64,000 nucleotides of DNA from Ramazzottius varieornatus. Lineage: Eukaryota > Animalia > Tardigrada. This document shows, one piece after another, positions 52,101-64,000 of the stretch. Under the pieces are notes generated by a model. That model did no database searches. It saw nothing but the letters and a program-made list of their open reading frames with translations, and had not been told where the DNA came from. The position numbers and the translations under genes were made by a program. Location: NCBI GenBank assembly GCA_001949185.1, contig BDGG01000002.1:5508448-5572447 (forward strand). Reading direction: 5' to 3'. Each line of letters starts with the position of its first letter. Position 1 is the first letter of the stretch.

Positions 52101-55100
52101 ACTTTCCCACTATTTCTGTAATGACTTGATCCTAATATTCGTTCGATCGTTAAGGACACTCAGCATGTGGGTTGAATTCGCCCAATTATTCATCTTTGGA
52201 ATAACTAATGTTTTTCGATGGGGGTCTAGAGGGTCTCTAAGACGTGATCTGCTGAGTGGCTGCGGGTTTTTAAGAGCAGCACACATCATACTTAATCGAT
52301 CTGACGAGGACGTGATGTCGGCCGGAAAGGCAAAAGAGCAGTCACGATTCAAATGGACGTCGGTCCTTCACTATAGAGCAACACCACAGTGAACTTTGGC
52401 TATACCGCCACAACAAGGAAAGCCAGCAAAAGTGACCACATAAAATGCGTGAATCGATCTGTCCAATTGATCCAAGGCGTATTTTTGTGGGTCAATTATT
52501 ATTGCATTTGGGCTCCTTGAATAGGCACCTGATTATTGCCTTTGAGACTTTGACCACTTCATGCAGGTACAACACTCCACGTACCCCATAATGATCATTT
52601 GGAAACTACCTCAGCACGTGTTCTTCCTCGTTGTACACGGATATTTGACGCTCGACTTCTTGAAGTGCAATGCCGCGCGAGACCGGGTAACGACATGTAC
52701 TGTAAGAGACCCGGCAAACACAATGTATCCCCTTTCGTCCACCTGCCTGCCAAGGACCTATGGTGAACATGCGCCCAAGTGCATGCAGGCGGATGCAGCT
52801 TTCCTGTATCCACTTTCATTCACCTGCATACTGCGATACTATGATTAACCGTAAGGTCCTTTGTATGCAAGTGGGCAACTTAAGGAATTTTCTGTTTTGC
52901 GACCTCGCATGTGTGATGAGGAGATCAAAAATCGAGACCCGGTGAATGCAGAGTGCATTCCACTGAAGATCGCTCGGCGAGCTGCAGTACGAGTGCTTCA
53001 CATTATTCATGGCTCCCCAAGTCCCCTACAGTTCACTGACTTCTCTGCGTTGTATTATGGTATAGCATCGCGTGCTCAAAAAACAGTCGGTGCGTGTAAA
53101 GACAAGATCAAATACCCGATTTCATAGCAAGCTTAGTTCTAGAGCAAATGGATTTCCTCATGCTTGCACATTCCGGATGGTCAAAGATAATGTCAACAAT
53201 GATTCGAGATGTCTGGTCCTATTCTCCAAATAAACTTCTCCCGCATGCTGTGCTAGATACAAATAAGAGTCTCATCGATTATTTTCTTGCCTATGATCAA
53301 ATGACTATATTTAAACCCTCATCTTCTTGACAGCTCTAAGCGGCGTCTTCGCACCTTCAAATCGACTGCCAAGGTTCCACCTGTGGAGCTCGCGGAAAAA
53401 GTCTCAAGTGGTACCTTGAACAGTCGTTCACAAAGTTCAAGCGCAAACATATTAATTTTGCGTATTTATTTACCGAGCTATTTTTTTCTTCCGCCACAAT
53501 ACTACATTGATACCAAACTAGTATCAATACACAAATATTGAAGGTAATTCAAAGTCATCCTTCACATCAAAGATAAATCAGGCAATATATATGCTGACAT
53601 AGTCGCAAAGTGACAGCTTCACTGTGGCGGAAGTTGACAAGCTAGTCGAGTTGTCTGGCTGGCACTTTGGCCACGCCTCTGTAGCTAATCATTATTGGTA
53701 ATGCCGACATCAACACCACGTTGTACTGTTTGGTCTAGCTAGAAATTCAAGGGACTGCAACTTGCTCTTCCGGCACAACATCATGCGTCTCCCAAAAGGA
53801 CTGACAATGTTGTGGATAGTGGTAGCACTCCATGCATAGTTATTAGCACGTCCAAAAACAGGTCTGTAGGTTATCGCTTGCGCCTGCATGTTATATATTG
53901 ATCCGGAGGGGCAAAGTGTTGAACCTGATCATATGTTATCGTCAAGATAAGAACTAACACCAAAGCGTTGCCGGTTAGCTTTCCTCAACTTCCTCTCGCT
54001 TGCTTTGCTTGCTCTGCTGTAGAGTTTCGATGTTCAACACAAACAGATCGATTGACGGCTTTCTCGTTATTGCCCCTTTCTTCGCGCTTCCATTACGGTC
54101 TAGTGAAAATTATACGAAAACAAAGCTTACTTTTTTCAGCTTGCCATCGGCAGTTCCGGCGAAGACTACTGTGTAGGAATGGGCGACGGAAGTGGCCAGA
54201 GACGTAATTTGGGTATTCGGCATGACAACCAGAGCGGTTGACTGGATGGGAATAGCTCCGTTCAGCGGATAGTTGAAGCTCTCGCCGCAGAAATTGTCCG
54301 TCACGTCGACTGCCTGTGAATACAAAATAATCATTTCAAAAATATTCATCTGCGTGTCTGGTATAAACTTCTTTCCGTAACTCATGTATTGAACTTCATT
54401 CGAATATTTTCGCCGTCTGTGGTTAGCTACCGTGTGCTAATCAGGGAGGTCTCGACTCCCAAGAGGCGCCGGGTCGCTAGCACCCAATTCCATCCACTCA
54501 TTCAAATAAAAAACCGGAGACTGTAGCTAATAAGTCCTTCCTTTGATGGGATCGTCTGTCGCCCTTCGGGCGGAAAAACAAGCCACAAAGGATGAAAATC
54601 AGCAACGTCCGTTTTTGTCCGTTGCATTATGTTCGTTCAACACTTTCTACTGTGTTACTGTTACACCATACATTACCCTGCACGATGCACAAAGGTAAGC
54701 CAATATTTGAAATATGTTCGCCATTGCTTCATTCGAAGGCCCACTGCGGTTCGCTAGCTTCCGTTTACCCAACCACAACTAGCCTCTCTCCCTGTAAATG
54801 CGTGGATCAATTTATCGAGAATCGGAGGTTGCAGTCCATAAATCAAAAGTTACAGGCTATGTCAAAGCTCTTCACATTGTCTGTCACTACATATTCGCCC
54901 AAATTAGGAGAAGGAATCCGCTGGGGCACATCCACCCCGATATATCTGTTATGTAGCCAGATTTGGCGTGCGTCGACGGCATGCGAAAGCTGACCACGAA
55001 ACATCCATCGAATTTAATTAGAAAAGAGAGGCAGTGGTCGTTTGCCAGAACTCTGCATATTAGCTCTTCATAGGGCATTTGATCTGCTGGAGCAGTGGTC

Positions 55101-58100
55101 ATCCGATTCATCCCGATCGACCATGCACGCACCTCAAGTGTCTTTAACCAGTGCCTCTTCTCGACAACTTGAGCATTATTCGCTCACGAGATGACTGTTT
55201 GCCTTGCAACCAAACTCGTCCCAAGTTCAAACCTGCAAGCCAGCCTCTAATATTCCAGGGGCAATGAAAGCAACTTCTGCTCGGTTCGGCTGGCTACCGT
55301 AATTGTGGATTGTAGCCTCGATCGTTTCAAGGGCCACTAGCCGTGGTGACTTCAGAACGCCTCCAATTCAACCCATGATTTCTCATCTTTGTCATTAAAG
55401 TCTAGTGCGAGTAAAGCTGCCTTCGAACGTGCAGCTCTTGGTGTTGCTTCCGTCCTAACTTCCGCCATTTCTCATATTAAGCTCTAACTGCCTTCATCTA
55501 TCTTGATTTTCCGAACAGTACCCCACTCCATCATCGAGGTTTTAGATGCGCTCGACAGCGCTGAGAATCTCACGAGATAATTTCTTGATTTAATTTGCAA
55601 AAAATGACCCATCGACCATCGATCGATCTTCAGTCTACTCGTGCGCGAAGCACAGTTGAAAATCATGCCTCTTTCAACTCAAGCACTCTAATCTTCAAAA
55701 ACCAACCGCCACCATACACTAGGTTATTATCTTGATGCTTCCATGCTGCAAAAACCACAAGACAATCCACTCTAGAGTTACTAAAAAGCAACGAACATTA
55801 CGAAAAACTCGGCAAAATCCCAAGCGCCGCACGTTTTCAGTATTTTTGGCCGAAGTCGTGCGTCACTTAGAAAAGTCATCTTGCCGAGTTACTTTGCGAA
55901 AGTTCATATACTTTCCGCGAAGTATTTGATAATTTTTGATATGTCGATTTCGGTGAAAAGTACTGTTTATGATACTGCTTGGTGCCTTGTCATCAAAGAA
56001 AACGTGAGTCTGGGGTGAAGAGCCTAGATTTTGAGTTTGTGTGTTAATTATGAACAAAGCGTGATGAAATGATAAGACATCACAGCCGGAACCTCATCGA
56101 CAAAGTTCTCCAGTTCCCCACTACGTTAGTATGATCGAGTCAGCCTTCTGGTGACAAGTGTTGTAGCAGGTACTACAAGGCTGAAGAGGTCATCATTCAC
56201 GCGCTGTCGTTCATTTCACAACCGAGATGAGAATGCCTGACAAATGACCGAAGCTACGCACTACAAATTCAGGCTCTTCGTCGCGTTTTTTTGCAGGCCC
56301 ATCAGTAGTAGCAAAGCAGGTCGCTGTCAGCCGCAACCAGACGTAAACACTTTCCGCACGTCGCAATAATGGACAAAAATTTGATTCACGACCAGTCAAT
56401 TTGCCTATCCGCCATGAAGTAACATCAGCTCCGGCAGCCAGCCAGCCAGCAAGCCCTTCACACCTCTTTTTCCTACACAATTACGGCCAGCGCATGTAGA
56501 ACGTGAAAAGCTAGAGTACAACCAGAAAAAGAACCTTTCAAGAGCGCCGGCTTATTCATTTACGGAGCCGTTTGTTCAGCGGCTTTTTGCGTAACCCGTA
56601 ATAGTGGCGCGAAGGCGCAACCGTCCTGTTCATGTAAATAATAATTTTGCACTTAAAAGCAAAGACCGTGAGCACGATAATTACACTATCATGCATAATA
56701 TGTAAACGCGCAAGTGTGTGTGAAAAAGCTTGCTTCGTACGTTCAAATAGCTTTTCCAACGGCTGAAACGTCAAATTACTGCAGGCTTTCATAAGACTGA
56801 CTACTCGAGAAGGTCCTCAACGGTTTTCCGAAATTCCGTTCAAAAATACAGGAACATTATCTCTTTATAGTTTCGTCCACAGTCATTGAGGAACTTCACT
56901 CGAAGGTCCCGGTGGACCTGCGCCGGTTTCTGGCGATCGCTTTTCATCCTCCACATATTGACACAGGCTTTATAACAAGAAATTTACGTGATTCAGGTAA
57001 CTCGATCTTACAAGATACGGTCTCTGTAGGGAAATAAAAAAGCAACCTGGGAATGCTGATGACGCGGAAAGAAACCTTCGTGAATATAACAGCGTCTTTT
57101 GTGTGCATTGGTGTTGAGCAAAGAGAAATCCTTCTATCGCGTTCATGTTTGCTCAAGCAATCACAAACGAGTTTGTCGGAGAAAGATGTTGAAGCCATGG
57201 CAAAGCTCCATCAAAGCTCGGCGGAGCTTTACAGCCACAGCCCTTTGCCTGACAAGCGCGGTAGCGGAAGGCGTCGATGGAGCCTGCTATCACAAGCTGC
57301 TCTAATAACGTCCTTCGTACCTTTCCGATCATCACCGCTGGTGCATGTGTTTTTCTGCACTGCTGCCTTGATTACATCGTATTGTCATCAATACCCTGCC
57401 TACACGACATGGATCAATATACAACTACCGGCCTGATTACGGCAGACTATTCAGCGTCGCGGTTACAATTACAGAAAATAATACTAAGCAGGTCTGCGTG
57501 TCGTCGCGCCTTGATTTACAGGAAGGTCTTCGAAGACCACAATTGATACCCCGCAAGAGAGTCCGCTGCCTCATCGCTATCCGCCCACTCGCAGCATATC
57601 ACAATGGTCGTACTGTAGTACTCTGCCTCAGATTTCTCTACGTATTAAATGAACGAAGAAACCGTGTCTTGTGGCATACTACTGCGCCGAGCGTTCTAAC
57701 CACATCATCCATTTCAATCAAGAACGACTCTCCCATCTAATCACCATTCTCGAGCCCCGCAAACTAGCAGCTTTAAGCGTTGATCTTCACAGTCATTCGA
57801 CTAATGGTAGAAGGCTCCTTGTTCTGCCACGGCAGACAGACAACGAACGCGTTGAAGATCCCTTCCATTAGCCTTATAAAAACGTCAACGGGGAAGTCTT
57901 TCGTTTCTTCATCACAGTCCCAATCCATGAGAACCAATGCGAAAGAACCTCACGCTCCAGAACTTTTCCATCCCTTTTCTTTTGCATTTTCTCACGGTTG
58001 ATTCCGTAAAATTACGTTTCTGTAAAAGCCAGCGGGCGTATGTCTGGCAAGTTTTTAATGAGGTCCTTTGAATGCGTCATCGAGTTACTGACAACAATAG

Positions 58101-61100
58101 TTTTCCCTGCATATCTTAAACAGTGGCCGTATTGTATGCATGTCATGGCCGAAGTTGAAAATAACCTCCCTGATTCACTCAAGCGATTGCTGTATTCCTG
58201 AATAGCATACGCCGTTCTCGGCCTTTTTTTCTTATTAGTCAGTCGCTACCGCTATTCCTGGAGCGATGGCGGAGACCTACAGAGAGCAATTGCGGGTTTC
58301 AGTAGCTGGGGTAAAAAGAAGGAAAGTAGCAGTATGTCAAAGTGGCCTAAAAGTTAGGATAACAGAGTTTGTTGGATGGCCTAGTGGGATAATGAAGGGA
58401 GCTTCGTACACCACTAAGAGCCCATCACTTTTGGCCATTCATCGATTTCTTCCATCCTCGTCCATTCCCTCCAACCAGTTGGCACTCACAAAGGAAATTT
58501 GGGTTTCCTGTCACTATATAGACAAGTTAGATCTGGCTTATTGTGGCATGACTAAATACACATCAAGAAACTCTCCTTTGCACAATCAATACCCGCTCAC
58601 CAACACCACTCAACCTCGCAGACCATCATCTTCCAATCAAGCGAAAACTCAACACTCATTGCCTGCAAAACTCACACGAAAACCTTCTCACACAATTATA
58701 TTCGTACTTCGTGTATTTCGTATGTATGATAGGTCACGAATACTAAAGTATTTCGACTTACCGCCTTTTGGCACTGCAAAGGTCCGGTTGAAATTAATCC
58801 ACTTGTTCCGAAGCCGGCGAAACACTGGCGAATATTCTCGGTAAACTGGCGTTGAATATCCGCCACGGAATAAACGCACATGGCCGAGTTCTTGCCCGAT
58901 CCTTTGCCGAAGCTGACAAACAGAAGCTCCTCGGCCACCTTCATGGTCCAGTTGTTGGCCAAGTCGGTTCCAGGGTTTCCCAAGGACGCAGCATGGCCCA
59001 CATTGTACAGCGACCCATCGGCCCCCGTGCACATTAAGGGTACTTCCGTGTACGAGTAGTAATACACATCATCAGTGCAGATTCGGGCAAGGCGAGTCTG
59101 GAGCTCGCTGGTGTCCAGACTCTTCGGCTGAACTATGACGAAGTAGGTGAATCGACCGGAAGTGAATCCATAAAGATATTTCACCCTACGAAGAACATCA
59201 ACAAAATCCTCATCCCCGTTTGTACACTAGCACAAAGATGGGGCAGTGTATGCAGGTGGTTGAAAGATCAGAGTAGCTTCGTTTACAGTTCCTGTGTTAA
59301 CCTGCTTATGCTCTGGCTGTAGTCCAGACACAACTGAATGTATGGAGGTGGACGAAAGAATCGCTTTCCATACCTGAAAGCGTCTCTGACTCTGGGTTCC
59401 ATGGCGAGGAATGTGCCGGACGTCTGAAGTGAGTCCATGAACATCATTTCGAAGGCGTTATCCGGGTCCAAGTTTCGAGTCGCGACGGAGAAGATGTTTT
59501 CCTCATTCAGCAAAGTGACCGTTCGGGCTACGTAGAGTGCCTTTGTGGGACCATTGTTGGCCACGTTGGGGGCAGGAGCCACCACACCAACGACACTTAA
59601 CGAGGCATCTCCACCCACTACCGGCACATTCTTCTGGTCCTTACCGACCATCGTTGAGATGTTCAGGGCGTCTCGTAGCTGACAGCTACCGTGAAAAACA
59701 TTACCACACGCTATTATACGATCTTTCTCGTAGTGAAGCACCAACAATCGATTCTCATTGTCCACCAGGCCACGATCGATCGTCGGGCCGCAATCCTTGT
59801 TCACCGGGCATTTCGGATTGTCAATCTACAACGAAGAAAAAAAACCTCAAACATTACTCTAAATTTCGCACGAAATTTGTAGGCAAATGAACTGAACCAG
59901 ATCGTTGGCTTCGAGTGGCGTACACTTTCAGCTAAATAGCAGTGATAACGTGCACCACTTATTCTTTGCATTTTTGTTCTGAATATTCTGGAAATTTAGA
60001 TAACCGTAGCGGGCTAACTTTTGCATCTGTTCTGGTTCGATAAGCAATTGCGAGATTGTGAGGAGTTCATGGTATGCCTACAGACATAATTTGCATGTAT
60101 CAATAGGTTAATAAATGATGGTACATGGGAGATCCTTGAGCGCATTCTATCTATATTTCCCTCGGCTCGAGGATCACCACTGGCAAGCCACTGGTCGCTC
60201 AATCAGACACGACGGGAATATAAAAATGTCCAACAGACGGTCATATTCCCAGTGGTCTATTTTCGAATTTGACAAGTGGCTTTGCTTTGACATTTCGGCT
60301 GTCCCCTCCATCACGAGCTTGTTCACAGCCTGACCACATTCGTGGCCACTGAATTTTATATCTCAGATATTCTCTTTGAACCTCTCTCGTCTCACATATG
60401 CGGCTCAAACTATGTGTGCTCCATATTACATTTCATATCACAAGCCATAATTTCCTTTTCTCTTTCTCGGCCAGCTATCCTGCGGTACAAACCAAGAGCA
60501 ACCCCGCTGAAGTTGCTTTCGAAACTTGACCATATTGAATTGACTTTGGCCTGCAAATGATAAAGTCTTGAATCGTGATGGAAGGCACATAACTTGGCTT
60601 TAACGGATAACATTTGCCCACGTTCTGAATTCCTAGGCTTTTTCCCTGGAAGCACAGTCTAGACGTTAGGCCAGATAATGTCATACCGATGTAAGTCAAC
60701 CACCAAAATATTCACCCGTTATTCCACGAAATTATTTCTATTTCCCATACTGAATTTGTATAAAGATACTTTTCTCACCAGAATTTATCTTTCTGATTTT
60801 ACAGAATATTTACCAGTGGTCCTGTGACGGCGAAGTGATCCAGTTGGAGGTTTTGGTCCAGCTGGAATATTCTGTTGACTGCTCCAACGTAGACTTTGCC
60901 GTTGGTCTTGTGGACTTGCATATGTCGTATACGCACATTACTTCCGTATATCTCGGTATTTCTGCCTTCTGCCGACGGGAACTGCGCTAGACTTTTGGTC
61001 GAGAGACCCGAGACCTGCAGAGGCGCCTGGAATACTGTGCTGAGTAAAAGTCCATAGAAGACAAAGGATAAACACTGCCGAACATCACATGGATACACCC

Positions 61101-61257
61101 TGGAAGACTTCCGGGATGTATGAGGTCTTTCGACGGAAAGACAAGAGTACGGTAGAGGCTGAAGCTGCATTAGTTGGCCATGTGAAAGTAATTTGGTCTT
61201 GTCATGCTGAGGCTGAGACGGAAAAGAAGAAGACGGGTAGTTGCGTGACCACAACAT
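43125..61257 (-). CDS. PlexA: Plexin A semaphorin receptor (Sema, PSI, IPT, TM, split GAP with RBD), multi-exon
   Basis: Sema exons ([12 protein letters not shown]; [23 protein letters not shown]). Small exons at 51389-51261 and 51173-51073 encode VVVESRFS... and [23 protein letters not shown] repeats. Juxtamembrane [40 protein letters not shown] is PlexA-type. GAP motifs EIYLTRLL and [18 protein letters not shown]. The start could be ATG 61257 or 61170. Confidence 0.95.
47713..47786. repeat. Palindromic interspersed element, best-preserved core (PlexA intron)
   Basis: Perfect 16-bp arms CTCTCAAGTGGCGCAC (47721-47736) / GTGCGCCACTTGAGAG (47763-47778) with a 26-nt spacer. Confidence 0.88.
55806..55890. 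repeat. Palindromic interspersed element, internally deleted (PlexA intron)
   Basis: Perfect outer arms AACTCGGCAA / TTGCCGAGTT; core GCACGTTTTCAGTATTTTTGGCCGAAGTCGTGCGTCACTT. Confidence 0.7.
59882..59960. repeat. Palindromic interspersed element, right arm truncated (PlexA intron)
   Basis: GGCAAATGAACTGAACCAGATCG...AGTGGCGTACACTTTCAGCTAAATAGCAGTGATAACGTGCACCACTT. Confidence 0.72.
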
Positions 61258-62987
61258 TCTTCCACGCACATTGCCAAATCTTTCCTTGCTTGACTGCACC
61301 TTCTTTGTCACTATCACTTGCTCCAGACCGGCTTCATTCGATGCAGTCTCGGTAAACACACCAACCAACCATGAATATTCCTACAGAAGAAAAAACACGG
61401 AGAATGTGTAGAGGCTTCCTTGGTGATCGTCGGTTGCGTCTCTTTCAATCTGTCAATATACAAAAATCTACGGTCAATATTGGCCCCACTAGTGGACCAG
61501 ACGTTTCAAGGAGAAGGCCTCTGCGCCGCAATTTATCCGAAAAAGACGAGCAAAATGAAAGATATGCGAGTACCATAAACAGATAGCCACCTTTATGATC
61601 ATTGATCTGTTGGACAGCCTGACATATTGCAAGAGATTACAACTGCAACCACCCCGTGGAAGGAATGTTCGCTCGTGATACGCACCATTTGCACCGGAAT
61701 ACTTTTCGGAAAATTTCTTGCAGAGTTTCCCACGTACGTATCAACCTTGTACATAATTTCCAACAATTTTAATATAAATTCAAATTCTGCGTTTTATATC
61801 TCTAGAAAACACAACAAAGGCTAATTGTAAAACACACAGGTATCGATTGTCCTGAGTGATTTAGAGGTGCAGAAACATTGAAGGCATATCGCGGAATGTG
61901 GTGGAGCGAGGTTTTCCACGACAAGAATTGACGAGCGTTGAATTGATGGTTAATTCGGAAAAATTGACTTACTCGTTCTCAAGCCAGGCCGCGTTATTCC
62001 GAAGGGCCGAAAATTCCAGTGGTATTCATTACTCGTTCATATTTAAGAGATAAGACGATGATTAAACGCGATGAGTATTGTGATCCTCTCAGGTAGGAAG
62101 AAATTAATCCAGAGAAATACGGGAATATTCCAACGGTAAGTCTTTTCTTTCCCAAAGACGGACAGTGGTCGAGCTGACGGCTTGTCCTCTTGCTGGGGCT
62201 TTCTCCGAAACAATTAGGAACATTCCTCCGTGGACACTGCTCGGGAGCTATTTCTGAAAAGACAAGGACACAAAGAGAGTGAGTACTTCGAGAAGCGATG
62301 GAGAGCAGCTGAGGCTGCTGAGCAAGAACGGACAAAGTGAAATTTCTGCCATGATTGTGATAAATGGAGCCAGCAGGCGGCTATCAGCGCACGCGCACAC
62401 TGCGCAGACCTGCCGTACCGAGCTCATTGGTCAGTTTCTGTGTGGCTCAGCCCACCACCGGGTTACTCACAATTTGACCGCGCCCATCCAAATAGTTTCC
62501 CCATGATGTCATCATCCAATCTCTTGCCCTCAACAGTCGGCGCATGACGAAAATGACGGTAGGATTTAAAAGCAGAAGAACCACATTTCCCTCCATGGCG
62601 TAATGCGCGTGAAACACGCCACCGATCGAGTTAGGTGAAACAAGATCACAAGAGCGTGATTTCCGGTCCGATTTATCCTCGCGTCCATTCTTTTCATCCA
62701 TCTTTTCTTTTCGCAGGTGCGCTCTGAGAAATTGGACATACTTCTTCGGAAATTCAGGATCTGGAAACTGGAGATTCATAACGTGGATTAATCTTCTGGC
62801 GACACGCAGTGGGTACGAGTTCACGACGCAGCTTCTACTGCGAGACTCCGGAAGTAACATCTGGGTAGTTACCCGCACTGGACGAACTCCTTGCACCTTG
62901 AGTCATTCGCCGCAGTGGGCCGACACTCTGATAAACGTATATGCTGTGGTCATCTTACAGAACTGCTGAGTCCGTCTATCTGGCAAG

Positions 62988-63700
62988 ATGGTTATCGGTC
63001 CGGTGAGTACGCCGTTCTTGGTGATCTGAGGTTATCAATGTATCTATTCGGGCAGTCCTTACCCATGTTCTTTTGCAGGGAAAATACCTTGCCCAGCTGA
63101 TCGTAATGGGAGGCCAGATCGTGGGAAGAGCCTTCGCCAAAGCATTACGAGAGGAGATTCAGAGTACGTATTTTGGTTCAGACAGACTTCTTGAAGCGGA
63201 AACACAGCTCTAACTATAAAACTGGCTAATCGTCCACAATCGTTTCTTCTTCTAGAAAGCCAAGCCGCTGCTGCATCTCGATCGGGTCGAGGTTCCGCCG
63301 ATACTTCCCGGGCGGCTGCGGTGTCGAGTCGGCTAGGAATGTCTGTTCAAGTGTGTATGAAGTGACCGAAGTCTTTTTTTGGTTGTCTTTTCCGGTGTAG
63401 ACAGTGATTATCATGTAATATTGCGTTATGTTACAGGAAGCGAAACAGATTCTAAACTTGCCCATACAAGAAAGTCGTCTCACTCCCGAAGAAATACAAG
63501 CGAAATATGAGCATCTCTTCAAAGTAAACGACAAAGCCCAGGGAGGATCCTTCTACTTGCAGTCAAAAGTTGTCAGGGCGAAAGAACGCCTGGAAGAAGA
63601 ACTGAAAATGGCAGCTGAAAATCCCCCGAAGAACCACCGCCAGACAGGGCGTTCCGCCGCGTCCACCGAAGCTGGTTCATCCGACGACCGAAGCAGATGA
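62988..63700 (+). CDS. PAM16: Mitochondrial import motor subunit PAM16/TIM16 (Magmas). Exons 62988-63002, 63079-63163, 63256-63350, 63437-63700.
   Basis: [27 protein letters not shown]...[13 protein letters not shown]...[33 protein letters not shown] (J-like domain). Confidence 0.95.
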
Positions 63701-64000
63701 GAGTTTGCTGGAGGCTGTCCGTCGTGCTGTAACAGATTAGCTGACTCAGAGAGCTTTTTCAAACTTCGCGGAATTCGGCAAAGGTTTGTGCGGCTTTCGG
63801 GGCACCAAAAACAAGCTCTCCGCCGTATATCCAGGACCTTGGCGTAAAACTATGAGACTGTCGTAGTTGAGCCCCGTGTGATGCTTCCATATCGGTTGTT
63901 TCGAGGCTGTGTTGTTTTGCGGTTCTTGGAATGGGTTTTCGGATGTGGACTGTCAACTTGTACCGCTCTCAATTTGAACTTTTAATTTTATCCTAGCAGT

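Noticed and set aside
51823-52392. 189-aa hydrophobic ORF in a Plexin A intron (similarly 58266-58844)
   Set aside because: No recognisable motifs or exon partners; unsupported as nested genes.

Overview
This is eukaryotic genomic DNA from a compact, intron-containing animal genome (GT-AG introns, many only 60-110 bp). Gene content suggests an arthropod or other ecdysozoan; the species cannot be determined from the sequence. I assembled 11 spliced protein-coding genes by hand with frame-consistent splice sites: an orphan single-pass membrane protein with a tyrosine-motif tail, two tandem GILT thiol reductases (CxxS and CxxC), a BAP18-like SANT protein, a SMYD-like MYND/SET protein with a degenerate catalytic core, TBC1D20, a Notch-ligand-like protein, a divergent Pax6, FKBP6/shutdown, Plexin A and PAM16. 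The Notch-ligand-like protein has a C2/MNNL-like domain, a DSL domain and a long mucin stalk, but no EGF repeats. Non-genic features are: a transposon cluster at 13.5-18 kb (including a hAT element with a perfect 8-bp TSD), several MITEs, a decayed fragment of the FKBP6 last exon, and a family of ~75-120 bp palindromes with core CAAGTGGCGCAC-N~26-GTGCGCCACTTG at 8 loci, 7 of them intronic. The strongest novelty candidates are the EGF-less DSL-mucin protein and the intronic hairpin family. Family assignments rest on remembered motifs, not database searches. No rRNA, tRNA or CRISPR was seen.
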